64,000 nt of DNA, taken from assembly GCA_031414775.1 (NCBI GenBank), contig JANOQI010000056.1:1-64000 (forward strand), given 5' to 3'. This DNA is from Synechococcales cyanobacterium VAR_4_metabat_354 (GTDB taxonomy: Bacteria > Cyanobacteriota > Cyanobacteriia > Cyanobacteriales > Chamaesiphonaceae). A model generated the notes under the pieces. That model was not told where the DNA came from, did no database searches, and saw only the letters and a list, made by a program, of their open reading frames with translations. This document shows, piece by piece, positions 8,640 to 19,081 of this stretch; position 1 is the first letter of the stretch; each line of letters opens with the position of its first letter. A program made the position numbers and the translations under genes.

Positions 8640-10609
8640 CGTTCCCACAGCCGAATGGTGTTGTCGCTGCTGCTGCTGGCCAAAATTTGACCATTGGGAC
8701 TAAATACAATGTGGTAGACACTATCACTATGACCGGTGAGGGTTTGGATGGTTTCACCACTGTCCATTGCCCAAATTTTGATGGTTTTATCATCCCCAGC
8801 ACTGGCTAATAACTTGCCGTCGGGACTAAAGCAAACCGAGTTAATCGCGCTTAAAAAACTCCCAAAACTGTGCATCACTTGGCCAGTCTTGACACTCCAC
8901 ATTTTGATCGTGCGATCGTCACTAGCACTGGCGATCATTTCGCCGTTAGGGCTAAAAGCAATCGTGTTGACGGAGCTGTCATGACCCACGAGCGTCATAC
9001 TTTCTTGGCCAGTTTTCAGATTCCAGAGTTTAATTTGCTGATCATGACTACCACTAGCCAATGTTTGACCGTCTGGACTAACGGCCAGACAGTTGACCAA
9101 GCTAGTATGTCCCTGCAAGGTGCGAATCCGGTTACCAGTCTTGGTATTCCAAATTTTGATGGTGTAGTCCCAGCTCCCACTAATTACCATTTGGGTATTG
9201 GGGACAAACACGACGGCAGCCACATTACCAGTGTGCGCTTCTAAGGTCTGGAGTTCCAAGCAGCTTTCGACATCCCAAAGCTTGACGGTATGGTCGCCAT
9301 TGGCGCTGGCTAGGAGCTTACCATCATGATTAAAAGCTACGTCATAAACCCAAAGATGGCCGGTGAGTGTGCGGAATCCTTTGCGGGAAGCGACATGCCA
9401 CAGTTTAATGGTCTGGTCGTGGCTAGCACTAGCCAACATCTGACCATCGGGACTAAAACTCACGGAATAAACACTTTCACTATGACTAGTCAGAGTATCG
9501 ACTAGCTGCCATTTGGCATCTTGGGTGTTTTTGGTGGCCGGAGATGCAAAACCAGTAGATATTGGATCGATCGCAGTTAGTTGTTGAGAAAAATCTTGGT
9601 GCTGTTTTTTTTGAAGATCGGTAAGGAGAGCCAGATAAAATTTTACGGCGGCAGCATCTAAACCCACTTTGTCAAAGTATTTTTCAAGACGCAAAAGTTG
9701 AGGATTGTAAGCGGGATAAAGATGCAAATAGTAAATATCGATCGCAAAAGCGGCCAGTAGTTGATAGACACTGACAATAGTTTTTCGCACAGCCCGCAGT
9801 GATTGTAATTCAGTTTGTTGCCGGATTTGTAATTGCTCTGTGGCCTCTTCCCAATTCCACCCAATTAAGCTGAATTTAAATACTTCTTTACTCTGCAAAT
9901 GCCACATACTGACATGGATATAGAGTTTATGATCGCTGACCGTACTGTACAAGACAACTGCTGGAACAGGGGATAAGATGGTGTGGATTTGATTCAAGTC
10001 GGTATCGGTAATCGATCGCTTGAAGTAATTACCAGAAAACTTGACCGGCGCGGTGTCATTGTCATAATAATGCTGTAAAAAATCACTCATTTCTTCGAGC
10101 AATTCAATTTCCAAGTCATTTTGCAACGGTGCTGGACAACTGGCACTAATTTTAGGCTGGGCAACCAAGACAAGTAATTGGTGCTTCTTTTGGGCAGCTT
10201 GCAAAAGACTATAAGTTTCAGATTGATGGCAAAGGGCTGCTAAATTTCTATTATCAAAAGCATCTCTAACATCAAATGACTGCCGCTCAATCTTGTCAGC
10301 TTGCCACTCACTAATGCAACTCAAAAATTGTCGGTTGAGGGATTTTATTTGCTCTACTGATTCTAAGCTAGCAGATTGTTGATATTGCTCCATAATCTGT
10401 AAGCAGTGCTGTTCTGATTTGAGTTCGATCGGTACCATGGCACAGACACTAGAATCACCGATTAGTCCTGTAGTCAACTTCACTTGATTGCGGGCAAACT
10501 GTTTAGCAGTACTAATTAGTAATTTAGTGAGCGCGTTGGTAGCAGTGATCGATGATGGCATAGCTGGTTTTGGCAGTGGATATGCTGAGGATAAACCGCT
10601 TCTAATCAT
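8633..10609 (-). CDS. WD40-repeat protein with uncharacterised N-terminal domain
   Basis: Seven C-terminal GH...FSPDG...SAS.D.TIKLW repeats. Confidence 0.9.
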   Translation of the reverse strand: MIRSGLSSAYPLPKPAMPSSITATNALTKLLISTAKQFARNQVKLTTGLIGDSSVCAMVPIELKSEQHCLQIMEQYQQSASLESVEQIKSLNRQFLSCISEWQADKIERQSFDVRDAFDNRNLAALCHQSETYSLLQAAQKKHQLLVLVAQPKISASCPAPLQNDLEIELLEEMSDFLQHYYDNDTAPVKFSGNYFKRSITDTDLNQIHTILSPVPAVVLYSTVSDHKLYIHVSMWHLQSKEVFKFSLIGWNWEEATEQLQIRQQTELQSLRAVRKTIVSVYQLLAAFAIDIYYLHLYPAYNPQLLRLEKYFDKVGLDAAAVKFYLALLTDLQKKQHQDFSQQLTAIDPISTGFASPATKNTQDAKWQLVDTLTSHSESVYSVSFSPDGQMLASASHDQTIKLWHVASRKGFRTLTGHLWVYDVAFNHDGKLLASANGDHTVKLWDVESCLELQTLEAHTGNVAAVVFVPNTQMVISGSWDYTIKIWNTKTGNRIRTLQGHTSLVNCLAVSPDGQTLASGSHDQQIKLWNLKTGQESMTLVGHDSSVNTIAFSPNGEMIASASDDRTIKMWSVKTGQVMHSFGSFLSAINSVCFSPDGKLLASAGDDKTIKIWAMDSGETIQTLTGHSDSVYHIVFSPNGQILASSSSDNTIRLWERQ

Positions 10610-10916
10610 TAGAAAAAATTAAATAGAACAGCTGAGAAAAACTTATTACTAACATTTGTCACACCTAGAGACTAAATTACTTGATAAGTTGATCACAGTA
10701 CATCAATCGGCAATCGATGGGGCACACAGCCTAATTTTACCGATTTATTAATAACTAACCATACCGGGTATTTAGGAAATAGTCGATACATTTGCCAGGT
10801 TATTGTCTGGAAGCTTTTGATAGCAAACGATTTTAGAATTTGTCGGAATTTGATCGATCGACTGGCGAGAAACAGCTAAGATGTTACTCAGACACTAGCT
10901 AAACCGTTATTTCCCC

Positions 10917-11294
10917 ATGTTAGGTAATTTCCAACATAGCCATTTACGCATCGAAGTAGCCGCGGCTGGTCAGACTATTCGCCAGCAATTGCTGACCCCC
11001 GCCCGGCTACGCCAGTGGCTGTTTCCCATGCAATTTTCTTTTAAAAGCGAGGATTTGCTGCGCTCTGATGCAGTATTTAGCAGTACCTTCGGGCTAGTAA
11101 CTGTCGAACACCGGGTTGATTGGGTGAATGATCAGGGTATTCGACTGATTTTAAATACTGGGGTAGACGGCTATCAAGAGTGGTGTTGGGGTGATGGTTG
11201 GGTGCAATCGCGCTTAGAAGGTATTTCCTTGCTACCCCTCAATTTGATCCAGACAGCCAATCTATTGCGGTTACGACTAGCACTGGCTGCTTAG
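10917..11294 (+). CDS. conserved cyanobacterial hypothetical protein
   Basis: DGYQEWCWGDGWVQSRLEG motif; clean ORF. Confidence 0.75.
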   Translation: MLGNFQHSHLRIEVAAAGQTIRQQLLTPARLRQWLFPMQFSFKSEDLLRSDAVFSSTFGLVTVEHRVDWVNDQGIRLILNTGVDGYQEWCWGDGWVQSRLEGISLLPLNLIQTANLLRLRLALAA

Positions 11295-11313
11295 ATCAAG
11301 ATAGTAGTGGACA

Positions 11314-11484
11314 TTAAGAAACAGTAAAAGCTACGACGATTAACCCTAAGATCAGGAGTGAGCCAACTACTCCGACAATCAGATAATTACGCTTTTGCTC
11401 TGAACCCAAAGATTCGGTTGGATACATAGCTGGTTCTTTGGCAAAGTTGTTGAGTTTGCCAGTTTCGTCATTGATGTAAGGCAT
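11314..11484 (-). CDS. psb34: photosystem II assembly factor Psb34 (Ssl1498 family), 56 aa; not in ORF track
   Basis: MPYINDETGKLNNFAKEPAMYPTESLGSEQKRNY followed by a single TM helix. Confidence 0.9.
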   Translation of the reverse strand: MPYINDETGKLNNFAKEPAMYPTESLGSEQKRNYLIVGVVGSLLILGLIVVAFTVS

Positions 11485-11576
11485 AACACTCACTCTAATA
11501 TTTATCTCAACCAGTAAATAACGTTTTGCTTTTGTTAATGAAGGAATGTTACAAAAGTTTTAGTTGAGATATTCAA

Positions 11577-12707
11577 TTAAGGCTCAGGTTCCCGTTGCTC
11601 TCCGGCCAGAAGATTAGGAACATCTGCACAACCACCCGGAATAGTCGATCGAGTCTTTTCACCGCCCCAAGCACAGCAATAACAGCGTTGTTCTTCATTC
11701 ATATCGATCGCATTGCTAAAATCGGCATTTTCGATGACAGCTCCGGTAAATGCCCCTGTTTCATAGTTGGGTGTCTCGGTTTTACTGCGGGGGCTAGCCT
11801 GAGCTGCTTTGCCGTAGAAAAAAAGTGTGGCTTTCAGGTCGGTGTGGCTGAGGTTGCTGCCATAGAGGATGGTGCGAGATAAATTAGCTTTAACTAAGTC
11901 GCAGCCCTGCAAGTTCGCTCGGATAAAATTGGCCTCGCTAAGATCTGTCCATCGCAAATCGGTATGGGATAGATCGGCTCCGGCCAAGATTACCCCTAAG
12001 TCAATAACCCGGGCACCGTGGGCACGATCTTCGGCATAGCCACCATCGCCATCTAGCATCGGGCGGCCTAAGCGCCGATCGCGTTTCAAGGGCGTAATTA
12101 GCTTGGACTGCGACAAAAATCTGAGGACTTTAGCTTTGCCATTGGCATCAATACTACTCATCAGGGCGGCGGTACGTCCGATCGCGAAAGCTTGCTCTTG
12201 CGGCCAATCTTCTAAAAAACCTTCATCATCCAGCGCCAGATCGGAAACACCCTGAAAATAGGTATCGATCGTCTGCTGTTGGGTCAAAATATTTTGCTGA
12301 GTGGTGAGACGGTTTTGTTCGATCGTCAAGTCTCGCGAAATCACATACTGTCGCCAAGCAATATATACAGCTAACACCGCAATCAGCACCTGTCCCAAGG
12401 CTCCTGTCCATTCGGCCAGACTACCAGCCACATCCCAGGGAATGGTTTTCGCCCAACGGCTGATTCCATCAATCACCCCAGTGATCTTAGCCAACACGAT
12501 GAGAGCAATGAGGGTGTTGATGACAGCGGTGGCTTGCCGACGTTGGGCGGGGTTCAGGACTTCGATGTATTCTTGCTGAATTGCCCGGCCAATTACTGGT
12601 AGAGACAATAACAGTGCCAAAACACAGCCGCTCAGGGCAATCCACCAATAACCAAAATATAGACCGGTAGCCATCAGTCCGATCGCAATAAGATTTAACC
12701 AAACCAT
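11577..12707 (-). CDS. membrane-anchored pentapeptide-repeat protein
   Basis: N-terminal TM helices; A(D/N)LxxxDL repeats. Confidence 0.9.
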   Translation of the reverse strand: MVWLNLIAIGLMATGLYFGYWWIALSGCVLALLLSLPVIGRAIQQEYIEVLNPAQRRQATAVINTLIALIVLAKITGVIDGISRWAKTIPWDVAGSLAEWTGALGQVLIAVLAVYIAWRQYVISRDLTIEQNRLTTQQNILTQQQTIDTYFQGVSDLALDDEGFLEDWPQEQAFAIGRTAALMSSIDANGKAKVLRFLSQSKLITPLKRDRRLGRPMLDGDGGYAEDRAHGARVIDLGVILAGADLSHTDLRWTDLSEANFIRANLQGCDLVKANLSRTILYGSNLSHTDLKATLFFYGKAAQASPRSKTETPNYETGAFTGAVIENADFSNAIDMNEEQRCYCCAWGGEKTRSTIPGGCADVPNLLAGEQREPEP

Positions 12708-12828
12708 AGATTATTTATTTAGATGACAGGTACCGAAAGCCTTATAAACTCGCGTGCTAGCATAAATGATATGAGAAAAGTCGCTATTGTTATCGTTCCC
12801 TGCCAAATTCGGGAAAGTCCTAACCAAA

Positions 12829-13083
12829 ATGAAAGATAAAGTCTGGAATTTCATCAACTTATTTTTGACCGCCAATGTATTTTTTGTATTAGCGGTGTTT
12901 AGCTGGTTTGTAGTGGGTTTAATTGGTCAGGCGAATAATATTAATTTGGGCTTTGACCTGTGGCGGAGCCTGTGGGAACCAGTTTTTATGCCCGCGATCA
13001 GTATTTTGATGGGCGGAGCGCTCCTCAGTGGCCTGGGGCAGTGGCTGAGTAAGTGGTGGCTGGCCAGAAGCGAACAGTCGTGA
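12829..13083 (+). CDS. small two-TM membrane protein
   Basis: Two hydrophobic segments; ATG at 12829 preferred; stop overlaps the tadA GTG. Confidence 0.7.
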   Translation: MKDKVWNFINLFLTANVFFVLAVFSWFVVGLIGQANNINLGFDLWRSLWEPVFMPAISILMGGALLSGLGQWLSKWWLARSEQS

Positions 13084-13601
13084 AGGCTAGGGCGACTCTA
13101 GAGCAATGGTTCGAGCGGTTTCCGTTGGCACAGCAACAGACTTATATGCAGCAAGCGATCGAACTAGCAGCTGCTGCTGGTCAGGCGGGAGAGGTGCCGG
13201 TGGGGGCACTAGTGGTGGATGGACAAGGGCAAGTAATTGCTACGGGTGAAAATCGGCGGGAGCGGGATCATGATCCGACGGCTCATGCTGAGGTAATCGC
13301 CCTCCGCCAGGCGGGGCAAGTTTTGGGCAACTGGCATTTGAATGACTGTGCGTTATTTGTTACCTTAGAACCCTGTCCGATGTGTGCCGGGGCAATTGTC
13401 GCCGCCCGGTTGGGTTTGTTGGTTTATGGCGCTGATGATCCCAAAGCTGGAGCCGTGCGATCGATCTTAAATATTCCCGATAGTGAATGTAGTAATCATC
13501 GACTAGCAGTAATTGCCGGAATTGGAGTAGAGCCAGCCCGGCGGCAGCTTCAGGATTGGTTTCAACAGCAGCGAACTATAGCTGCTCGAAACCGTCGGTA
13601 G
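13080..13601 (+). CDS. tadA: tRNA adenosine(34) deaminase
   Basis: GEVPVGA, HAE, TLEPCPMC. Confidence 0.93.
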   Translation: MKARATLEQWFERFPLAQQQTYMQQAIELAAAAGQAGEVPVGALVVDGQGQVIATGENRRERDHDPTAHAEVIALRQAGQVLGNWHLNDCALFVTLEPCPMCAGAIVAARLGLLVYGADDPKAGAVRSILNIPDSECSNHRLAVIAGIGVEPARRQLQDWFQQQRTIAARNRR

Positions 13602-13639
13602 CTGATAAAATCTGGTAGCGTAATTACTAAGTTCTCTCC

Positions 13640-14365
13640 ATGTCCGACCCCACTCCTCTCTATGAAGGTAAAGCTAAGATTCTTTATGCCACCGAAGATC
13701 CCGATGTTCTACTGACCTATTTTAAAGACGATGCCACCGCCTTTAATGCGCAAAAGAAAGGGACAATTATCGATAAAGGTGCCATCAACTGCCAAATCAC
13801 CACCTATCTGTTCCAACTGATCGAGAAACAGGGGATTGATACCCACTTAATCAGTACCCCCAGCCAGCGCGAAATGTTGGTGAAGGCTGTCACTATTATT
13901 CCGCTAGAAGTAGTTGTCAGAAACATTGCGGCTGGCAGCCTTTGTAAACAGACTAATTTAACGCTGGGTCAAGTTCTGCCCCAGCCGCTCGTGGAGTTTT
14001 TCTACAAAGATGATGCTTTAGGCGATCCGCTCTTGACGATCGATAGGCTAACCTTAATGAACATTGCCACCGCCGATCAAGTCACCGCCTTGCAACAGAA
14101 AGCTCTTCAGATCAACCAAATCCTCCAGGATTTTTTTGCTCAATGTGGCATTACTTTAGTCGATTTTAAAATTGAATTTGGGATCGATCGATTTAATAAT
14201 ATTTTGCTAGCTGATGAAATCAGCCCCGATAGCTGTCGGCTATGGCTCACCGACGAACAAGATCCGATCAAGCGTGTTTTGGACAAAGACCGTTTTCGTC
14301 AAGATCTTGGTCAAGTAGAAAATGCTTATCAACAGGTACTACAGCTTATCCAGTCCCAACTGTAA
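13640..14365 (+). CDS. purC: SAICAR synthase
   Basis: LYEGKAK, FKDDATAFN, LVDFKIEFG, LADEISPDSCRLW. Confidence 0.97.
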   Translation: MSDPTPLYEGKAKILYATEDPDVLLTYFKDDATAFNAQKKGTIIDKGAINCQITTYLFQLIEKQGIDTHLISTPSQREMLVKAVTIIPLEVVVRNIAAGSLCKQTNLTLGQVLPQPLVEFFYKDDALGDPLLTIDRLTLMNIATADQVTALQQKALQINQILQDFFAQCGITLVDFKIEFGIDRFNNILLADEISPDSCRLWLTDEQDPIKRVLDKDRFRQDLGQVENAYQQVLQLIQSQL

Positions 14366-14512
14366 GAAATCCAATAATTATTTTCGCTAGCATTTTTCAT
14401 GCCACTAGAATGTATCAGCCATATCTCGATCGGAACACGATCGACTATTCTAAAGTCTAGTGCCTTAATGGATTATTCCAATTGCAATGCCCACGTCGAG
14501 TTTATTGAAGTC

Positions 14513-16630
14513 ATGAAACTGTATTCCAAACTGATATTTGTCGGGATATTTGCCTCTATGGGCAATATCAACTCAGCCATGGCTGCCTCTGACCTGAATG
14601 TTGCAGGGCTAGAAACCAGTGCGACCAAGATAGACTTAAACGCTATCGTGACGGCTAATCAACCGGCGGAGCAGTTGAAGCAACCATTAGTAGCTCGTCG
14701 TACTCTCCAAAAATCCAAAGCCAAAGTCAAAAAGCCACTAGCTAAGCCAGTTCAGCCTCCAGCAAATAATCCTAGTCTAAATCCCGATTCATCGTCTGAG
14801 CAAACTGCCCCCACTGGCAAAAAAGTACTGATTACAGACATTGATGTGCAGTCGGCCACCGGCCAACTTTCCCCAGAGATGCGGGCAAAAGTTTTACAAG
14901 CAATCACCTCCAAGGTTGGTCAAACGGCCACTAGCGAGCAACTACAACAAGATGTAAATGCAATCCAGGCGCTCGGTGCTTTTGAAGCTGTCAAGGTGCA
15001 ACCACAGCAATCTGGTAAAGGCGTAAAACTAACTTATCTAGTCTCCACTTTTGGAACGCTGCGTCAGATTGGTATTCAAACTTTGCCAGCTGGTACGTCC
15101 AGCGTGATTCCTCAATCAGATATCGATGAAATCTTTAAAGACCAATACGGACAAACCCTGAACGCCGCCGCCCTCCAAGAAGGCGTGAAGAAACTGAATC
15201 AGCTCTATAAAGACAAAGGCTATGAGTTAGCTCAGGTAGTCAATGTTGAAAATATGAGCGCCGATGGCAAAGTTACCTTGACCGTGGCGGAGGGGGTGAT
15301 CGAAGAAGTGCAGGTAGAGTTCTTGAATAAAGAACGCAAAGCCGTAGATGACAAAGGCAAGCCGATTGTCGGTGCCACCCGCGAATTTATTATTACCCGC
15401 GAGGCTGAATCCAAAGCTGGCAAAGTCTACAACCGCAAAATGGTTGAAAAAGACTTGCGGCGCATCTATGCTCTAGGTCTATTTGAAGACTTAGGCTTAA
15501 AGTTTGCCCCCGGTAAAGACGATCCTAGTAAAGTTGTGTTGCAAATCAGTGTAATTGAACGTAAAACCGGATCAATCGTCGCTGGTGGTGGGGTCAGCTC
15601 CTCCAATGGTCTATTTGGTTCCTTAAGTTATCAAGAGCAAAATTTGGGCGGCAATGCCCAAAAGATTGGCGGTGAAGTCCAGCTCGGTACTAGAGAACTG
15701 CTATTTGATGCTAACTTTACAGACCCTTGGATTGCAGGTGATCCTAATCGAACATCTTATACCGTTAACATCTTCCAACGTCGATCGCAATCCTTGATAT
15801 TTGATGGTGGTCCCAATGGCATTTTTCTAGACCCAGTAGCGGATAAACAAGTGCCCAGAGTCGTGAGATCTGGCGGTGGTATTACTTTTTCTCGACCACT
15901 GAATGGTGATCCTTATAGCGATGGTGGTTGGCGGGCTACGGCAGGCATTCAATACCAAAAAGTTGCTATCCAAGATAAAGATGGTGGTACAGCTACTGTC
16001 GATAGTGAGGGCAAGCCCTTGAGCTTTAGTGGTACTGGTCAAGATGATTTGCTTTTAGCACAGCTGGGTCTGAGTCAAGATTTACGGAATAGTGCAACAG
16101 ATCCAACCCAAGGTTCTCTCTTCCGGATTGGCCTAGATAAATCGATTCCGATCGGCGCTGCTAATATCAACCTCACCCGCTTACGGGGGAGTTTTACTCA
16201 GTATGTGCCCGTCAGTTTGATAAACCTCGATAAAGGCTCACAGGCATTAGTCTTTAATGTCCAAGGTGGCACCGTACTGGGTGACATCCCACCCTATGAA
16301 GCTTTTAGTTTAGGTGGTGTCACCTCCGTACGTGGTTACGATGATGGCGCGGTGGGTTCTGGTAAAAGCTTCTTACAAGCCAGTGCCGAGTATCGCTTCC
16401 CAATTTTCTCGATCGTCGGCGGTACCCTGTTTGCTGATTATGGTACTGATTTAGGTACCGGTCGAGACGTACCAGGTGATCCAGCTGCTACGCGGGGCAA
16501 GCCGGGGAGTGGTTTCGGTTATGGTGCGGGGGTGCGGATCAACTCGCCACTGGGTCCTTTGCGCTTGGACTTTGGTCTGAATGATAGAGGCGAGAGTCGG
16601 ATTCAGTTTGGTATTGCGGAAAGATTCTAA
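14513..16630 (+). CDS. bamA: Omp85/BamA outer-membrane assembly factor
   Basis: Signal peptide, three POTRA-like domains, SVRGY motif, terminal Phe; upstream of lpxC. Confidence 0.92.
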   Translation: MKLYSKLIFVGIFASMGNINSAMAASDLNVAGLETSATKIDLNAIVTANQPAEQLKQPLVARRTLQKSKAKVKKPLAKPVQPPANNPSLNPDSSSEQTAPTGKKVLITDIDVQSATGQLSPEMRAKVLQAITSKVGQTATSEQLQQDVNAIQALGAFEAVKVQPQQSGKGVKLTYLVSTFGTLRQIGIQTLPAGTSSVIPQSDIDEIFKDQYGQTLNAAALQEGVKKLNQLYKDKGYELAQVVNVENMSADGKVTLTVAEGVIEEVQVEFLNKERKAVDDKGKPIVGATREFIITREAESKAGKVYNRKMVEKDLRRIYALGLFEDLGLKFAPGKDDPSKVVLQISVIERKTGSIVAGGGVSSSNGLFGSLSYQEQNLGGNAQKIGGEVQLGTRELLFDANFTDPWIAGDPNRTSYTVNIFQRRSQSLIFDGGPNGIFLDPVADKQVPRVVRSGGGITFSRPLNGDPYSDGGWRATAGIQYQKVAIQDKDGGTATVDSEGKPLSFSGTGQDDLLLAQLGLSQDLRNSATDPTQGSLFRIGLDKSIPIGAANINLTRLRGSFTQYVPVSLINLDKGSQALVFNVQGGTVLGDIPPYEAFSLGGVTSVRGYDDGAVGSGKSFLQASAEYRFPIFSIVGGTLFADYGTDLGTGRDVPGDPAATRGKPGSGFGYGAGVRINSPLGPLRLDFGLNDRGESRIQFGIAERF

Positions 16631-16667
16631 ATTAGCTAGCTATCTTTGCCAATAAGTAAAATCGCCC

Positions 16668-16696
16668 AGGGGTGTTCAGTATAGAGCACCCCTTTT
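16668..16696 (+). terminator. intrinsic terminator/stem-loop after bamA
   Basis: aggggtgttc-agtata-gagcacccct-ttt. Confidence 0.7.
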
Positions 16697-16750
16697 GGCT
16701 GATAATAAATACCGATGCTCATCAACAGACTAATCGCTCAGACGAGGTAT

Positions 16751-17623
16751 ATGTCTAACGAAGTAAAGTTCAGCACTAATAATATTGGTGTGGCGATAGC
16801 TCCGCTTGCGCCAAGGGCGATCGAATTAACCGGCATTGGTTTACACTCTGGGGTGCAGACTAATGTGCGGATTATTCCAGCGCCAGCTGGCACTGGCCGT
16901 TGTTTTGTGCGGGTCGATCTACCAGATTCTCCGATCATCCCTGCCCAGATCGAGGCTGTTAATACCACCACTCTTTCAACGGAATTAAAGATGGGCACCG
17001 CTAGTGTCCGCACTGTTGAACATCTCTTAGCCAGTTTGGCAGCTCTAAGCATCGAGGATGCCTACATTGAAATTGATGGTGCAGAGGTGCCATTACTAGA
17101 TGGTTCTGCCCAAATGTGGGTGGATGCGATCTTGGCAGCGGGCTGGGTTAGCCCCGATGCGGGCATTACTCCTGGTCAACCGATAACAGAGGCATTGTGG
17201 CTGCACCAAGGCGACCAGTTTGTAGCGGCATTACCTTCTCTGGAACTAAGATTCACCTACGGCATTGATTTTGACCTGAAGCCGATTGGAAACCAATGGT
17301 ACAGCTGGCAACCCCAACAAGAGAGTTTTGCTAACGCCATCGCACCAGCACGGACATTTGGATTGGCTCATCAAATCGAGCAATTACGTCAAGCTGGTTT
17401 AATTAAGGGTGGTAGCCTGGATAACGCCTTGGTTTGCGACCAGGAACAATGGCTTAATCCGCCCTTGCGGTTCCCAAATGAGCCAGTCCGTCATAAACTA
17501 TTAGACTTGATTGGTGATCTCAGTTTACTTGGTTCATTTCCCCAAGCTCACTTTATCGCCTATAAAGCTAGCCATGATTTGCACACTAAATTAGCACAGC
17601 AACTCCGCATCGCCGGATTTTAG
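16751..17623 (+). CDS. lpxC: UDP-3-O-acyl-GlcNAc deacetylase
   Basis: [30 protein letters not shown]. Confidence 0.96.
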   Translation: MSNEVKFSTNNIGVAIAPLAPRAIELTGIGLHSGVQTNVRIIPAPAGTGRCFVRVDLPDSPIIPAQIEAVNTTTLSTELKMGTASVRTVEHLLASLAALSIEDAYIEIDGAEVPLLDGSAQMWVDAILAAGWVSPDAGITPGQPITEALWLHQGDQFVAALPSLELRFTYGIDFDLKPIGNQWYSWQPQQESFANAIAPARTFGLAHQIEQLRQAGLIKGGSLDNALVCDQEQWLNPPLRFPNEPVRHKLLDLIGDLSLLGSFPQAHFIAYKASHDLHTKLAQQLRIAGF

Positions 17624-17645
17624 TTCACCTATTTTTAATTTGTTG

Positions 17646-18161
17646 ATGAATCCCACCATATCTGTTCACCTTGAGCCAGTCGTTGATCAGCCGGACGTTA
17701 CGGTTAAGAAAACTTTTAATCTTCAAGAAATTCATGCTTTACTGCCCCACCGTTATCCATTTGCCTTAGTGGATAAAATTATTGACTTCGTACCTGGCGA
17801 GCAAGCGGTCGGCGTTAAGAATGTGACCTTTAACGAACAGTTTTTTCAAGGACATTTTCCTGAATTCCCCCTCATGCCGGGGGTATTAATTGTGGAAGCG
17901 ATGGCACAGGTGGGGGGCATTGTACTAACTCACTTGCCAGAATACACTAGCCTGCCCAATGATTATCGTGGACTGTTTATGTTTATGGGTATTGATGGCG
18001 TGCGGTTTCGGCGGCAAGTTGTTCCTGGCGATCAGCTAGTAATGACTGTACAGTTGTTGTCTTTCAAGCGAGGCCGGATTGCTACAATGAAAGCCCGCGC
18101 TGAAGTTGATGGCAAAGTGGCTGCTGATGGGGAACTAATGTTTTCACTAGTGGAGGTCTGA
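17646..18161 (+). CDS. fabZ: 3-hydroxyacyl-ACP dehydratase
   Basis: [29 protein letters not shown]. Confidence 0.97.
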   Translation: MNPTISVHLEPVVDQPDVTVKKTFNLQEIHALLPHRYPFALVDKIIDFVPGEQAVGVKNVTFNEQFFQGHFPEFPLMPGVLIVEAMAQVGGIVLTHLPEYTSLPNDYRGLFMFMGIDGVRFRRQVVPGDQLVMTVQLLSFKRGRIATMKARAEVDGKVAADGELMFSLVEV

Positions 18162-18262
18162 GGCAACATTTGGTGAACAATATTGATAGTAACTGGGTCA
18201 TCTAGTTCTATGTCGTTCATGAAATGTTGGGTCAACTGATGCAGATGCTTGGAGTAGCAAAT

Positions 18263-19081
18263 TTGACAAGGCTGATTCACCCTACAGCAGTAATTCATAT
18301 CGGAGCTGAAATTGACCCGAGTGTCAAAATCGGTCCCTTTGCAGTGATTGGCGATCGAGTCAAGATTGGTGCCAACACTTCGGTAGGTGCCCACGTCATT
18401 ATTGAAGGTCCTACCGAAATTGGAATTGGTAATCAAATTTTCCCTGGTGCGGCCATTGGTCTAGATAGCCAAGACCTGAAATATGATGGCGGCGATACCT
18501 GGGTGAAGATTGGCGACCACAACCGGATTCGGGAGTATGTCACCATCAATCGAGCGACTGGTGATGGTGAAGCAACGGTGATTGGTAATCACAATTTACT
18601 GATGGCTTATGTGCATGTGGCTCATAATTGCACGATGGAAAACGAAGTAAAGATTGCCAATGCCACTTCGCTGGCGGGGGATGTATATATTGAATCTGGT
18701 GCCGTGCTTAGTGGAGTGCTAGGAGTTCACCAGTTTGTGCGGATTGGCCGGCTAGCGATGGTGGCAGGCATGACCAGAGTGCAGCGGGATGTGCCACCTT
18801 ACACCATTGTGGAAGGAAACCCAGCGCGGGTGAGATCTTTAAATCTGGTGGGGATGAAGCGATCGAACTTCAGTGCCGCTGAATTAAACGCTCTGAAAGA
18901 GGCTTATCGCATTATTTATAGTTCTAATCATACTCTCCAAGAAGCTCTGGCTAGTCTGGGGAGTAGCGCCATGACCGACCAAGTCAAGAACTTGCATGAG
19001 TTTTTGCAAGCTTCTAGCCAATCGCCTCGGCGTGGTCCCATTCCCGGTCGATCGCTCGATCGCCGGGATGCTGAATCATGA
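18263..19081 (+). CDS. lpxA: acyl-ACP--UDP-GlcNAc O-acyltransferase
   Basis: IHPTAVI hexapeptide repeats, QDLKY, HVAHNC, VHQF; TTG start at 18263 after GGAG. Confidence 0.96.
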   Translation: MTRLIHPTAVIHIGAEIDPSVKIGPFAVIGDRVKIGANTSVGAHVIIEGPTEIGIGNQIFPGAAIGLDSQDLKYDGGDTWVKIGDHNRIREYVTINRATGDGEATVIGNHNLLMAYVHVAHNCTMENEVKIANATSLAGDVYIESGAVLSGVLGVHQFVRIGRLAMVAGMTRVQRDVPPYTIVEGNPARVRSLNLVGMKRSNFSAAELNALKEAYRIIYSSNHTLQEALASLGSSAMTDQVKNLHEFLQASSQSPRRGPIPGRSLDRRDAES

